Notes under the pieces: model-generated
What the model was told of the DNA's origin: nothing
What the model saw: the letters and a program-made list of their open reading frames with translations, nothing else
The model's database searches: none
Shown here: positions 9,525-18,312 of the stretch, in pieces
Numbering within the stretch: the first letter of the stretch is position 1
Layout of the letters: each line of letters starts with the position of its first letter
From: a virus
Taxonomy: Duplodnaviria; Caudoviricetes
Reading direction: 5' to 3' (one strand)
DNA: 27,568 nucleotides
Virus record (IMG/VR): IMGVR_UViG_3300033067_000874
Location: 1 to 27,568 of that record
Program-made: the position numbers and the translations under genes

Positions 9525-12389
9525 TCACCGCCTCAGCAGATGGTCGCGTAGTTTGTTGATGAGGTAATCCGCATCGGCTTGATTGTTGACGTTAACCGTG
9601 CCGATATGAATTGCGGGCGCTTCGTCGGCGTGGCTCGGTGGCGCACTTTGGCCCGGAGGGTTTGCACCAATGGCCGACAGTGCATCATTTACCGCGCCTG
9701 TTGCCCCGCTGCTAGAATCGCCGCCGCCTAGAATCGCGCCGATGGCCGCGCCCGCGTCGCCTGCAAATTGCATCGACGGTGAGCCGAACGCATCAAACAT
9801 GGCCGAGTGCATAGATGCCATCGCGTCAGTCACCGCGCCGATAGTGTCTTCGATACCGTTGGCAAGACCGATGCCAATCATTTGACCCACCCAATACATC
9901 TCGTCAGATGGCGAGTGGATGCCGAGCAAACTTTTAACATAGCCCAGCGGCCCCATAATCATTTCGATGATTTTGTTTTTTACGGTGTCGCCGAAATCAA
10001 TAATTGCATTGAGCAAGCCCATAACGATGTTCTTGCCAAGTTCATAGAACGTCGAAACCTGCGCGGCCAAATAGCCCTTGATCTCGCCAAACTTCTCGCT
10101 GATGAATGGCGCAACCATGTTTATAGGAACTTTGACCGCCTCTAGAATCTTCTTGAAAATCTTATCGAACGTCTCAAACAGCGTTTGCAATGCGCCCGAT
10201 GTGTCCCCCTGCATAATTTGCATGGAGGCTTTCAGTAGGCCGAGAATAAGCGTGATGATTGACCCGATAGAGGCTTTAATCATCTCCCACGTTGTCACAA
10301 ATGCCAGCACCAGTGCGCCCAGAATCGCCTTCCACATCGGCACGCCCGCCTCAAATGTCGCGGCGATCAGCGGCCAATTGGTCTGCACCCATCCTACAAT
10401 TTCTTTGAATAGGTCGATGGCCCACTGAATCTGCGGCATTAAGACGGTGGTAAATATCGTGCCGACGATACCGATTACGGTGGCGATGGTGTTACTAATC
10501 TGCGGCCAATTGGTAACAACCCACGTCACAACTGAGGCGAATGTCTCAATCACCCCTGTAACAATCGGAATCAATGCGCCCTGAACCACGCTCGCCACGC
10601 CGTCGAATGCGCTGGTAATCGCCCCGCTAATCTGCGGCCAATTGTTCGCAATGGCGGTGTAAATATTCCCAATCACGCCAGCCAATGACCAGAAAATCGT
10701 TTTAGCGCTTTCGATGATTGGGCCGATGGTCGTGAATGCGCTCGCAATCGCCGCCTGTATCTGCGGCATTACGCCCGCGATGGTGGCTTTCAGGTTCTCT
10801 GCGCTGATGCCGGTGAAATCGAGCGTATCAATCCAGTCACCAAAGCCGTTCACGAGTGGCAATAACACACCCTCACCAATGGCTGAGAGTAGTGGCAAGA
10901 GTTTCAGAGCAAACGCAATGGCTACAGACTCAACTGAGCCTTTAATGGTTTCGATGACAAACGCCAACCCCTGATTGAGTTTCGCGGCTTGTTCTGCCGC
11001 CGTGCCAGTCCGTTTCATGGCATCAGCCATGTTATTAAAACCTTCCGCGCCTTGTTCGGATAGCGCCTGAGCGAATCGAATGCCATCGCTACCAAAGATT
11101 GTTTTAAGAGCTTCCGATTTGTCTAGATCGCTCAACCCTTCCAGAGATTTCTTAAGAATCTCTGCGGCATTCTGCATCCCCTTGAATTTACCCTCAGCGT
11201 CATAGAACTGATTTTGCTCAAACGATGCGAAGAACGCCTGCGCGTCAGACTTCGACATCTTGAATTTCTTCGTGAGCTTGTCCAGCGCCACATTGATTTG
11301 TCGTGCGCTGCCATCTGTCTTGATGCCCTGTTTCTCTAAATACTGTTGAGCTTTGGCGTAGTCAAACGTCATCAAGCCCAATTCGCGCATCATGCCCTTA
11401 GCGTCCTTGCTTGGGCCAACGAGCGCTTGCAACATTGACTTAAACGCTGTGCCTTGGTCAGACGCATCCGCAAATTTCTTCGATGTTGCAGCCATTGCGA
11501 TAACAACATCTTCCTGTGTTGCGCCTGCTGCTTTCGCTACGCCGTTAACGTTGGCAAGTCCTAGCGCGAGATTGTCTAGCGTGGTGATGGTTGAGGCATT
11601 GAGCGCCTGCGCCAGCATATTACTGGTGTCGGTGGCATTCGCGCCCTGATCGGCCCACGTCTGTACCTGTTGGGCCACAATACGAGCGGTTGGCGCAAGT
11701 TCTGATTTGGCAGCGGCGGCAAGGTTAAGCGTGGCCTCGGTCGCGTCACCCATGACGCTCTTGATGTCCATGCCAGCCTTAACAAGTTCAACGCCTGCCT
11801 CTGCCGCTTGCTTGCTAGAGTATTTGGTGTCTTTGCCGAGTTGTAGGAACTTCTTCGTGAAGTCGTCAGCAGACAGCCCCGCCGCGCCGAGGTTGTCACC
11901 CGCCGCCATTTTGAAGTCATTCATCGTGGCTTCAAAATCGGAGGCGAGTTTTACTGCGCCGACAGTTGCGGCAAGCGCAAAGCCGCCCACCGCCATCATC
12001 ACGCCCGCGATTGCTTTGGCTGCGGCGGCTGCGGCTCCTGCGATGGCCTTGGCCGCATTCCCTGCCGTATGCGCGGCGCTGGTAAACGCCCCGCCGACCT
12101 TATCGAGCGCACCTTTAACGGTAGTGGCAAGATTGCGAGATGACCCGGCAACCTGATCGTTATTTGCTTTAATTCCAACCGCAAAACGATTGTTGGCATC
12201 ACGAACTCGTCCGTTTGCATCAACGTATTGACCTGCCGCCCGTGCCGCTTCAGATAGCCCGCTCGACATGCCCTTGCCTGCGGCTTGCGCGGCCTGCGCG
12301 GCCTTAGCAAAGTTACTATTAACACCGCCCAAGACTCTACTAATATCGTCTTGGGCAGTGAGAATTACCTTAGCGGTTGTGTCGCTCAT
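9525..12389 (-). CDS. Tail tape measure protein (TP901-like)
   Basis: 954 aa, Ala/Gly-rich helical; LQLGKDTKYSSKQAAEAGVELVKAG core motif; NWPQI repeats; C-terminal LGIHSPS motif. Confidence 0.95.
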   Translation of the reverse strand: MSDTTAKVILTAQDDISRVLGGVNSNFAKAAQAAQAAGKGMSSGLSEAARAAGQYVDANGRVRDANNRFAVGIKANNDQVAGSSRNLATTVKGALDKVGGAFTSAAHTAGNAAKAIAGAAAAAAKAIAGVMMAVGGFALAATVGAVKLASDFEATMNDFKMAAGDNLGAAGLSADDFTKKFLQLGKDTKYSSKQAAEAGVELVKAGMDIKSVMGDATEATLNLAAAAKSELAPTARIVAQQVQTWADQGANATDTSNMLAQALNASTITTLDNLALGLANVNGVAKAAGATQEDVVIAMAATSKKFADASDQGTAFKSMLQALVGPSKDAKGMMRELGLMTFDYAKAQQYLEKQGIKTDGSARQINVALDKLTKKFKMSKSDAQAFFASFEQNQFYDAEGKFKGMQNAAEILKKSLEGLSDLDKSEALKTIFGSDGIRFAQALSEQGAEGFNNMADAMKRTGTAAEQAAKLNQGLAFVIETIKGSVESVAIAFALKLLPLLSAIGEGVLLPLVNGFGDWIDTLDFTGISAENLKATIAGVMPQIQAAIASAFTTIGPIIESAKTIFWSLAGVIGNIYTAIANNWPQISGAITSAFDGVASVVQGALIPIVTGVIETFASVVTWVVTNWPQISNTIATVIGIVGTIFTTVLMPQIQWAIDLFKEIVGWVQTNWPLIAATFEAGVPMWKAILGALVLAFVTTWEMIKASIGSIITLILGLLKASMQIMQGDTSGALQTLFETFDKIFKKILEAVKVPINMVAPFISEKFGEIKGYLAAQVSTFYELGKNIVMGLLNAIIDFGDTVKNKIIEMIMGPLGYVKSLLGIHSPSDEMYWVGQMIGIGLANGIEDTIGAVTDAMASMHSAMFDAFGSPSMQFAGDAGAAIGAILGGGDSSSGATGAVNDALSAIGANPPGQSAPPSHADEAPAIHIGTVNVNNQADADYLINKLRDHLLRR

Positions 12390-12625
12390 TTTTTGCCCTT
12401 GGTGCGCTTTTGCTCTTTGATGCGGTCGAACTCTTTGACAAGCGCAAATACGCGGCGCATGGTGTAAACGTCCTGCTTTAACACCTCAGACGGCAAGACG
12501 TTAAAACGGTCGCAAATCAGCGCCAGTTCTACTTCCTCGGCGCCTCGCTTGATCCTTGCGCCGTGGCCTGCGGCCATGCCTGTTAGGAGTCGGCTTTCAC
12601 TCGCGCTGACAGCCGTTGCAAAAAA
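12386..12625 (-). CDS. Tail assembly chaperone, frameshifted C-terminal part (gpT-like)
   Basis: The -1 frame is open from the slippery site at 12625 through the track's 63-aa ORF (ICDRFNVLPSEV) to the stop overlapping the tape measure start. Confidence 0.8.
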   Translation of the reverse strand, partial: FFATAVSASESRLLTGMAAGHGARIKRGAEEVELALICDRFNVLPSEVLKQDVYTMRRVFALVKEFDRIKEQKRTKGKK

Positions 12626-12909
12626 GGCAGGTCATTCAGCGACATGACTACATCAATAAAAATCTCGGCGTCAAAGTTGTCGTCGATGTTCTCGGCGGTA
12701 ACGGGCAACGGCTGCCCATCCTCGCCCACAAATGACCACGCGCACAAGAGCTTTTTAACCGTCGCCTTTTGCTTGTCAACGACATTCTCTGGCTCTTGGC
12801 ACTGCATAAACTCAGCGTAGCTCATGGTGGTTTTGAGTTCCACCCAATCGCTGCCGACTTCGATCCGCTTGGTCTGATGCTCTACTGCGTCAATTCTTCG
12901 TTTAGCCAT
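12583..12909 (-). CDS. Tail assembly chaperone (gpG-like)
   Basis: 108 aa between tail tube and tape measure genes; LLCAWSFVGEDGQPLPVTAENI motif typical of this position. Confidence 0.85.
   Translation of the reverse strand: MAKRRIDAVEHQTKRIEVGSDWVELKTTMSYAEFMQCQEPENVVDKQKATVKKLLCAWSFVGEDGQPLPVTAENIDDNFDAEIFIDVVMSLNDLPFLQRLSARVKADS
12619..12625 (-). other. Programmed -1 ribosomal frameshift site T TTT TTG
   Basis: Codons CCT TTT TTG form an X XXY YYZ heptamer; the -1 frame reads FATAVSASESRLLTGMAAGH... without a stop. Confidence 0.8.
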
Positions 12910-12913
12910 AGTG

Positions 12914-13357
12914 TTAGGTCTGTGCGGCGTTGGTGATTGCGCCGCTAATGCTCACCTCTACGTCAGTCGTCACAACTTGGTCATCGCTGGTGTAGTCGGT
13001 GTCGTATTTGCTGATGAATCCGGTGAACGTGATTTCATGCCGCCCCGTTGCCGCGCCGTTTGGCCGAATGCGCCAGTTCACAACGGTGCGGTTTGTGAAT
13101 ACGGTCTGCAACAACGTCTGCGGGCGCGTGGTGTAGCCGTTGGTGTTGTTGTGCATCAGTGTGAACGAGAACGAGTTTTCAGTCAGGCCGGGGATTTTGG
13201 TGCGTGCGGTTGTGCCGTAGGCGGTCGTCTCAGCCTCGCCTACCGACTGACTTTCTTTGCCGTTGTTGGTGTAGGTTGTGATTTCGTTCCACGTCAGCGC
13301 AGGGTTTTCGTATTCGATGGTGAGGGCGTTAGCGATAAATTCGCCAGAAGATGCCAT
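12914..13357 (-). CDS. Tail tube (major tail) protein, copy 2
   Basis: 147 aa; ETTAYGTTARTKIPGL and NWRIRPNG...FTGFISKY motifs typical of siphoviral tube proteins; SD GAGG upstream. Confidence 0.85.
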   Translation of the reverse strand: MASSGEFIANALTIEYENPALTWNEITTYTNNGKESQSVGEAETTAYGTTARTKIPGLTENSFSFTLMHNNTNGYTTRPQTLLQTVFTNRTVVNWRIRPNGAATGRHEITFTGFISKYDTDYTSDDQVVTTDVEVSISGAITNAAQT

Positions 13358-13372
13358 TGTGTTACCTCGTTA

Positions 13373-13813
13373 TTAGAGCGATGAGTGGGTGATGTCCCCG
13401 CTAATGCTCAACTCAATATCGGCGCTCACCGGCTGGTCGTCGTTGGTCAGGTCGGTATCAAATTTGGAGATGAACGCGCTAAACGCCATCTGATGATTGC
13501 CGCTGCCGCTACCGTTGGGCCGAACGCGCCAGTTCAATGTCGTGCGGTTGGCGAAGAAACCAGCCAGCACCGTTTGAGGGCGTGAGGCGTAGGCTGCGGT
13601 GTTGTTATACATCAGCGAGAACGAGTAGGAGTTCTCAATCAGCCCCGGAATCTTCGTGCGGCTGGTTGTGCCGTAGCTGGTGGTTTCGGCTTCGCCCGCA
13701 CTCTGGCTGGTTTTGCCGTTGTTCACATAGGTCTGGATTGCGTTCCATGTTGACGTTGGGTTTTCATATTCAATCGTCAACGATGACGCGATAAATTCGC
13801 CGCTTACTGCCAT
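13373..13813 (-). CDS. Tail tube (major tail) protein, copy 1
   Basis: 146 aa; colinear paralog of 12914..13357 (96/146 identical by hand alignment); SD-like GAGGA upstream. Confidence 0.85.
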   Translation of the reverse strand: MAVSGEFIASSLTIEYENPTSTWNAIQTYVNNGKTSQSAGEAETTSYGTTSRTKIPGLIENSYSFSLMYNNTAAYASRPQTVLAGFFANRTTLNWRVRPNGSGSGNHQMAFSAFISKFDTDLTNDDQPVSADIELSISGDITHSSL

Positions 13814-13815
13814 GT

Positions 13816-13977
13816 TTATTCCTCACTAAGCAGTTCGATAACGCCCTGCTCTACCAAAACATCAAAGTCCGCTTGTGTGCGCGTCAGTTCAATTTCTGTG
13901 CCTTCGGGGTAGATTTCGTTGGTGTCTTTATCCACGCCGTTGACCAAAAACCGCACACGCTTGGTTAGTTCGTCCAT
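13816..13977 (-). CDS. Small acidic hypothetical protein (53 aa); below the ORF-track cutoff
   Basis: MDELTKRVRFLVNGVDKDTNEIYPEGTEIELTRTQADFDVLVEQGVIELLSEE; fills the gap exactly, 2 nt from each neighbour. Confidence 0.75.
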   Translation of the reverse strand: MDELTKRVRFLVNGVDKDTNEIYPEGTEIELTRTQADFDVLVEQGVIELLSEE

Positions 13978-13979
13978 CT

Positions 13980-14432
13980 CTAAAGCTCCAAGGCGTCCCA
14001 GTCAAACTTCAAACCGCTGTATGTGACTTGCTCCCATTCCTCGGCATATGTGTCAATGTTTAGGATGTTGATTCGCGCAACTCGATCTTTATTGCCGATA
14101 CCGCGTAGGGTTAAGTCAGACATTAACGCTTCTACGATAAGGTCAATGGCCTTTACAGAGTTTTGGTGATCTACCGCTAGGCTTGCGGCGCTGCTCACCA
14201 ATACATAGCAAGTGCCAATGTGCTTACTCTGCCGCCCATAAGCAACTAATTTGCCGTTTGAGTCTGGATTGCCTGAATAGTTTTTGTATGTCGGCGTAGT
14301 CGTCCGCGCCACCACATACACCACCGGCAAGATACTTGGCTTTGTGTTCGTAAGCCCAATATTGAACTCATTTGCACCGATGGCTGTTGCTACCACCTCG
14401 CCAATACCGTGCGCGGTTTCGTAGAAGCTCAT
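13980..14432 (-). CDS. Putative tail terminator / tail completion protein
   Basis: 150 aa between adaptor and tube genes; IVEALMSDLTLRG motif; the call rests mostly on synteny. Confidence 0.6.
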   Translation of the reverse strand: MSFYETAHGIGEVVATAIGANEFNIGLTNTKPSILPVVYVVARTTTPTYKNYSGNPDSNGKLVAYGRQSKHIGTCYVLVSSAASLAVDHQNSVKAIDLIVEALMSDLTLRGIGNKDRVARINILNIDTYAEEWEQVTYSGLKFDWDALEL

Positions 14433-15025
14433 ACCACCTCGCGGTAAGTCAGCCGATTCAAATCGCGCTGAATGTCCTGCGGCATTGAGGCCTCATGCCG
14501 CCGCGTGCCGTCGCCAAACGTTGTAACCTGCCCCGTAAACGTGCGTGATTGCTGGATATACCAAGCCACGCGCATCGTCAGCCGCTTAATGTGGTTATCT
14601 GGTGTTGCCATTACGCCCCATGTGCCAGTCACGGCCACATAGCCATTCGTGAACACCCATGCCGCGCCGCCTGTTGGCGTTAGTTCGATAGCAAACTTTC
14701 GCGCTCCATTGCGGGGATGCGCCCAATACACCGAACTGTCGAGCGTGGCCCCGTCGCCATTCACGACGCTGGTCACGGTCAACAGTTCGGGCGTAATGAG
14801 GAGTAGCGGTTTGCCGTGGTCTTGGGCGTGTTTGTCAAAGTATTTGGTTGCGGTCGTTGCCGTAAACGTGCGCTTGGTTTCGGACTCAATCAACGCCGTG
14901 GCCTCGTCCAGAAACAATTGGTAGCCTGCGGTTACTTCCGCACTGTCCAATTGCAGGTTAACGGGCTGCGTCGTGCTGAGTGCGCGTAACCACGCGGTGT
15001 ATTCGGCAACAGTTGCGTAAGCCAT
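14429..15025 (-). CDS. Head-tail adaptor (SPP1 gp15 / HK97 gp6-like)
   Basis: MAYATVAEY start, ATALIESETKRTF, VAVTGTWG..PDNHIKR, C-terminal LNRLTYR. Confidence 0.8.
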   Translation of the reverse strand: MAYATVAEYTAWLRALSTTQPVNLQLDSAEVTAGYQLFLDEATALIESETKRTFTATTATKYFDKHAQDHGKPLLLITPELLTVTSVVNGDGATLDSSVYWAHPRNGARKFAIELTPTGGAAWVFTNGYVAVTGTWGVMATPDNHIKRLTMRVAWYIQQSRTFTGQVTTFGDGTRRHEASMPQDIQRDLNRLTYREVV

Positions 15026-15283
15026 TTACTTTGCGGCCTTGCGGCCCTTCTTCGTTGGCGCGTCGTCTAGCGGTGGTTGTGTTGCGGGCGTATCGTCTGT
15101 CTGCGCTGGTTCAGTGACAACCACCTCAACGTCAACCGGCGCGCTAACCGTGATGTTTTTGTAGTAGCCACGATCCAGTGCAATGTCGCGCAACCATTTA
15201 GGAATTGCGTTCCATTCGTCGTCGGTGAGGTCACGCGCTGGCACACCGTTTACCGATGAGCCAGCGCCTACGTATTGCCACAT
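15026..15283 (-). CDS. Small hypothetical protein in the head module
   Basis: 85 aa, YVGAGSSVNGVPARDLTDDEW followed by a low-complexity and basic tail; abuts the adaptor gene. Confidence 0.7.
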   Translation of the reverse strand: MWQYVGAGSSVNGVPARDLTDDEWNAIPKWLRDIALDRGYYKNITVSAPVDVEVVVTEPAQTDDTPATQPPLDDAPTKKGRKAAK

Positions 15284-15291
15284 AAACGTTT

Positions 15292-15747
15292 CTACTTGCA
15301 GAACAGGTTGAGTGTGGTCGTCACGGCATTGCTACCGAACTGCGTCAGCGAAGCGCGGACGTAGTTGGCCGGTGGCACGTAGAACGTGTAGAAATCGTTC
15401 AACGTTGACGTGCTGTTGCTGACCACGTTGGCCGCAGACAACGCGGAAGCGCTGTAGCTCACCCAATTGGAGTTGTCGTTGCTGCCTTGAAGCGTCAAAG
15501 TAATGTTGCTGGTCGATCCGCCCTGCGTCACAACGTAGTGCAAACCGCATTGCGCGTATTGACCAATCGGCACGCTGCCGCTGGTTGCGCTCGCGGTCGT
15601 GACTTTGTTGAACCACAGCGTAGCATTGGCAGAACCATTGTTGGCCGTCGAAATCGTTCCAGGGATCGTCAGCGCAGCGTTGGCCGGGGCGAAGAACCCA
15701 AAGGCCAGCGCAACGGCGGCGATGATTGCATAAACTTTCTTGCTCAT
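15292..15747 (-). CDS. Beta-sandwich protein with Sec-type signal peptide, in the capsid decoration position
   Basis: MSKKVYAIIAAVALAFGFFAPANA|A; LQGSNDNSNW and NYVRA motifs; SD GAGGT upstream; directly after the major capsid gene. Confidence 0.75.
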   Translation of the reverse strand: MSKKVYAIIAAVALAFGFFAPANAALTIPGTISTANNGSANATLWFNKVTTASATSGSVPIGQYAQCGLHYVVTQGGSTSNITLTLQGSNDNSNWVSYSASALSAANVVSNSTSTLNDFYTFYVPPANYVRASLTQFGSNAVTTTLNLFCK

Positions 15748-15780
15748 TTGAATGTCACCTCTGATGAATTGCTGTTTGGC

Positions 15781-17730
15781 TTAGTGAGTCACGCCGGTGA
15801 TGATTTCGCACGAAGTCGCACGCATCAAGGCGAAGTCGGCGCGGAGGATGGCGCGGATCAACGTCTGATCGTTGGCGAACGCTGAACCGGCAATGTTGCT
15901 GGACGCGAGTTCGAGTTGCTTCAAGCTGCCCAACACCCACTCATCACCACGCACCACGGCAATACTGGACGCGCCAGTGTTGGTCGGGATGGAGGTGGTG
16001 ATAAACACCTTCATGCCGCCCAAGCGTGCGCTCAAGCGGTCGGTGAAACTCCCGCCAAACATGGTCGGGTCGGTCTGTTGATTGGACGAAGCAACATAGT
16101 CGCCGGAAGCGCCGACGCGGGTCAGCAATGCCTTCAACGCCACTTCGGGGCGCATCACAACTGAGATGTTGTTGACATTCAACTTATTCACAGCCATGCG
16201 GGTGACGGCTTTCAGGATCGCGTCGTAAATGTTGTCAGCGCCAATCGCGGTCGCGTTCACGCCGGACTCATTGAGCAAGCCAAGAGGCTCGGTCGATGTG
16301 CCAGCGCCGTTAAACGCTGCACCATCGTAAGCCTCACCCATCTTGCGGGTAATGCCGTTGCGCACAAAGCCATCTGCGGCAGGCGTGCTGTCCACCAAAA
16401 ACTCATTGCTCAGTGTGGCAATCGCGGTCAGCTTGCGGGCCGCAAGCGATTTCTTGGCGGTTGCGGCATCACCGGCAGAGGTAGCGGAGGCGTTTTCAGC
16501 GCTCCAGCCAGCGGAGAACGTGCCGATGCTGGGCATGTCGCACAGTGGGCCGGGCATGGGGTAATTCATGCCGATCTTGGTGGCAACCACCTCCTGATAC
16601 ACGGCATCAATGACCATGCTGGTTTGCACACGAGGAACGAAATGCTCACCCACAGCGCTACCGCTGGTCGTCGCCATCGCCTTGAACGCTTTCACGGCAT
16701 CGGCAGTGCCATCAAAAGCGAGATCGCTCTCGCGCCCATCCAAATAGAAATTGATCTGGCCGCGTGGGTTGGCTTGCAGGGCCTTGGCTGCCCAAATGAA
16801 AGGCATTGGCTCAACCGTGCGGTTGCTGATGACAGCGGGCGCACCCATAATCGGGCGGCGGGCGGCAACACTCTTGGCGGCGGACACGCTTGCATCTTTC
16901 ACCATCTTTTCGACTTCCTCAGCGGTAAAGGTCTTCACCGCAGGGGCGGGCGCGGCCACTGGCTCAGGCGTAGCTGGCACTTCGGGCGCAACCTCGTTCA
17001 CGGCATCTGCCGCGATTTTCTCAACATCAATGTCGCTCATTTTCTGAATAACCTCAATGGATTTGGCCGCCGCTGGCTGTGCGCCGTCGGTCGGCTCTGT
17101 TGGAAACTCGCCCATCATTTCGTCAAGCATGGCTTTGATGGCGGTAATACGGTCACGATTGCGCCTCGCAAAAGTGGCCCCCGCCTTCGTCGCGTCTGCC
17201 TCGCCCGCTACGGTATCGAGTTCGTTACTGATAAATGCCTTGGCCGCTGCCAGCGCAATCGCACGCGGGTTTACCGCTGCGTCGGCTGTTTCAGCGTCCA
17301 TAAGGCTCATTGCAAAGATCGGCCAGTTCGTGACACGTCCGGGTTTCCCCACGATGCCCGCTGGCCGCACTAGATGACTAGAAGAATCACTACTGGCACG
17401 CGCTCGGCCCTGTTGTGCGTCGGCGTAGATGCGCTGGGCAATCCCCTTGGCCGCGTCCAGCGCCACGCCGAACAGATGGCCGGTGATGCCGTTCAGCGTC
17501 CCGATGCCCTTGTAGATGGCAGTGCCGATGCGCCCTACGGACTTCGATGCAATCTCAGCAAAGCCGTGATAGTGATAAACGGGGATCGCATCGCCCACGC
17601 TCAGGTCGATGTTGGTTGACGCATCGAAGATTTGCCCCTGACGGTCAGCGCCGAACGGCAGGCCGACAATCTCTAGGCTGAGGTTGTCACTGGCTTTGAT
17701 GGCGGCTGATAGTGTCGTTGCGTCAAACAT
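15781..17730 (-). CDS. Fused prohead protease - scaffold/delta - HK97-fold major capsid protein
   Basis: N-terminal protease-like motifs (PVYHYHG, ASSDSSSHLV, WPIFAMSL); C-terminal HK97 capsid motifs (HFVP, ARKLTAIATLSNEFLVDS, EPLGLLN, FANDQTLIRAILRADF). Start moved to ATG 17730 because the track's start lies within the terminator U-tract. Confidence 0.9.
   Translation of the reverse strand: MFDATTLSAAIKASDNLSLEIVGLPFGADRQGQIFDASTNIDLSVGDAIPVYHYHGFAEIASKSVGRIGTAIYKGIGTLNGITGHLFGVALDAAKGIAQRIYADAQQGRARASSDSSSHLVRPAGIVGKPGRVTNWPIFAMSLMDAETADAAVNPRAIALAAAKAFISNELDTVAGEADATKAGATFARRNRDRITAIKAMLDEMMGEFPTEPTDGAQPAAAKSIEVIQKMSDIDVEKIAADAVNEVAPEVPATPEPVAAPAPAVKTFTAEEVEKMVKDASVSAAKSVAARRPIMGAPAVISNRTVEPMPFIWAAKALQANPRGQINFYLDGRESDLAFDGTADAVKAFKAMATTSGSAVGEHFVPRVQTSMVIDAVYQEVVATKIGMNYPMPGPLCDMPSIGTFSAGWSAENASATSAGDAATAKKSLAARKLTAIATLSNEFLVDSTPAADGFVRNGITRKMGEAYDGAAFNGAGTSTEPLGLLNESGVNATAIGADNIYDAILKAVTRMAVNKLNVNNISVVMRPEVALKALLTRVGASGDYVASSNQQTDPTMFGGSFTDRLSARLGGMKVFITTSIPTNTGASSIAVVRGDEWVLGSLKQLELASSNIAGSAFANDQTLIRAILRADFALMRATSCEIITGVTH
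17038..17055 (-). promoter_or_regulatory. Putative internal ribosome binding site and in-frame start for a capsid-only product
   Basis: GAGGT (17055-17051), 10-nt spacer, ATG at 17040 (MSDIDVEK), located at the protease/capsid boundary. Confidence 0.6.
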
Positions 17731-17731
17731 G

Positions 17732-17772
17732 GAAAACAAAAAGCGCGGTGTCTCGAAAGTGAGACACCGCGC
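17732..17772 (-). terminator. Intrinsic terminator / attenuator directly upstream of the protease-capsid gene
   Basis: Perfect 12-bp stem GCGCGGTGTCTC/GAGACACCGCGC (17743-17754, 17761-17772), 6-nt loop, followed on the minus strand by TTTTTGTTTT. Confidence 0.8.
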
Positions 17773-17818
17773 GTAGTTCGCTCTGGTGCGTTTCTGTTAT
17801 TTGATTGGCGCTATTTTA
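17773..17818 (-). promoter_or_regulatory. Putative -10 box TAAAAT plus conserved 15-mer ACCAGAGCGAACTAC (copy 1)
   Basis: TAAAAT at 17818-17813; the 15-mer at 17787-17773 matches 24210-24196 at 13/15 positions; no clear -35. Confidence 0.55.
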
Positions 17819-17820
17819 CA

Positions 17821-18312
17821 TCATCCCTTCCCGCTCGTGATCTTATCCGCCACTCTCAGCGTCACGCGCTTACCCACGCGGTCGGATTTGGTTAGCTCCA
17901 ACGAACGCTCTAAGAAGTTGTTCGGATTTGTGCCGGGGTGGTTGACGCGCTTCGCGTATACAAGATTCCCACCCTTGGCAACAAACTTTAAAAACTTATA
18001 CCGCTTCGGCAAGATGACGTGTGGCTTGCTACCAAACAAGATTGTTTTTACAACCACTTCGGGGCGCAGCTTATTGCCTGCCGTCATCTCTAGGTGAACG
18101 TTTTTAGTGTCGGCTTGCCGCGTGTTCATGCGAATAGTAGAGGACAATACCCCCTCGCGCTTCGGCGCTTCTTCCTGTAGCTTGGCTCGCAAAATGCGCC
18201 CATAGTCGCGTAGTTCCTCAGTCGCAATCTTGATGATTTCTTTCTGCGCCTTAGTGATGCGGCCCTTAATGTCTGCGAGTTCGTCTACGGTGATGGTTAC
18301 GAGTTGTGCCAT
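17821..18312 (-). CDS. HK97 gp10-like basic virion morphogenesis protein
   Basis: EAPKREGVLSSTI, ILFGSKPHVILPK, VNHPGTNPNNFL motifs. Confidence 0.75.
   Translation of the reverse strand: MAQLVTITVDELADIKGRITKAQKEIIKIATEELRDYGRILRAKLQEEAPKREGVLSSTIRMNTRQADTKNVHLEMTAGNKLRPEVVVKTILFGSKPHVILPKRYKFLKFVAKGGNLVYAKRVNHPGTNPNNFLERSLELTKSDRVGKRVTLRVADKITSGKG

Noticed and set aside
13358-13375. Stop-codon read-through fusing the two in-frame tail tube genes
   Set aside because: Double TAA TAA and a dedicated GAGG SD for the second gene argue for separate translation.
12914-13813. Contractile injection system or tailocin interpretation of the two tube genes
   Set aside because: No sheath or wedge genes; capsid, portal and terminase are present.
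16624-17377. 249-aa and other plus-strand ORFs opposite the capsid gene
   Set aside because: Antisense to a well-supported gene; no recognisable protein features.
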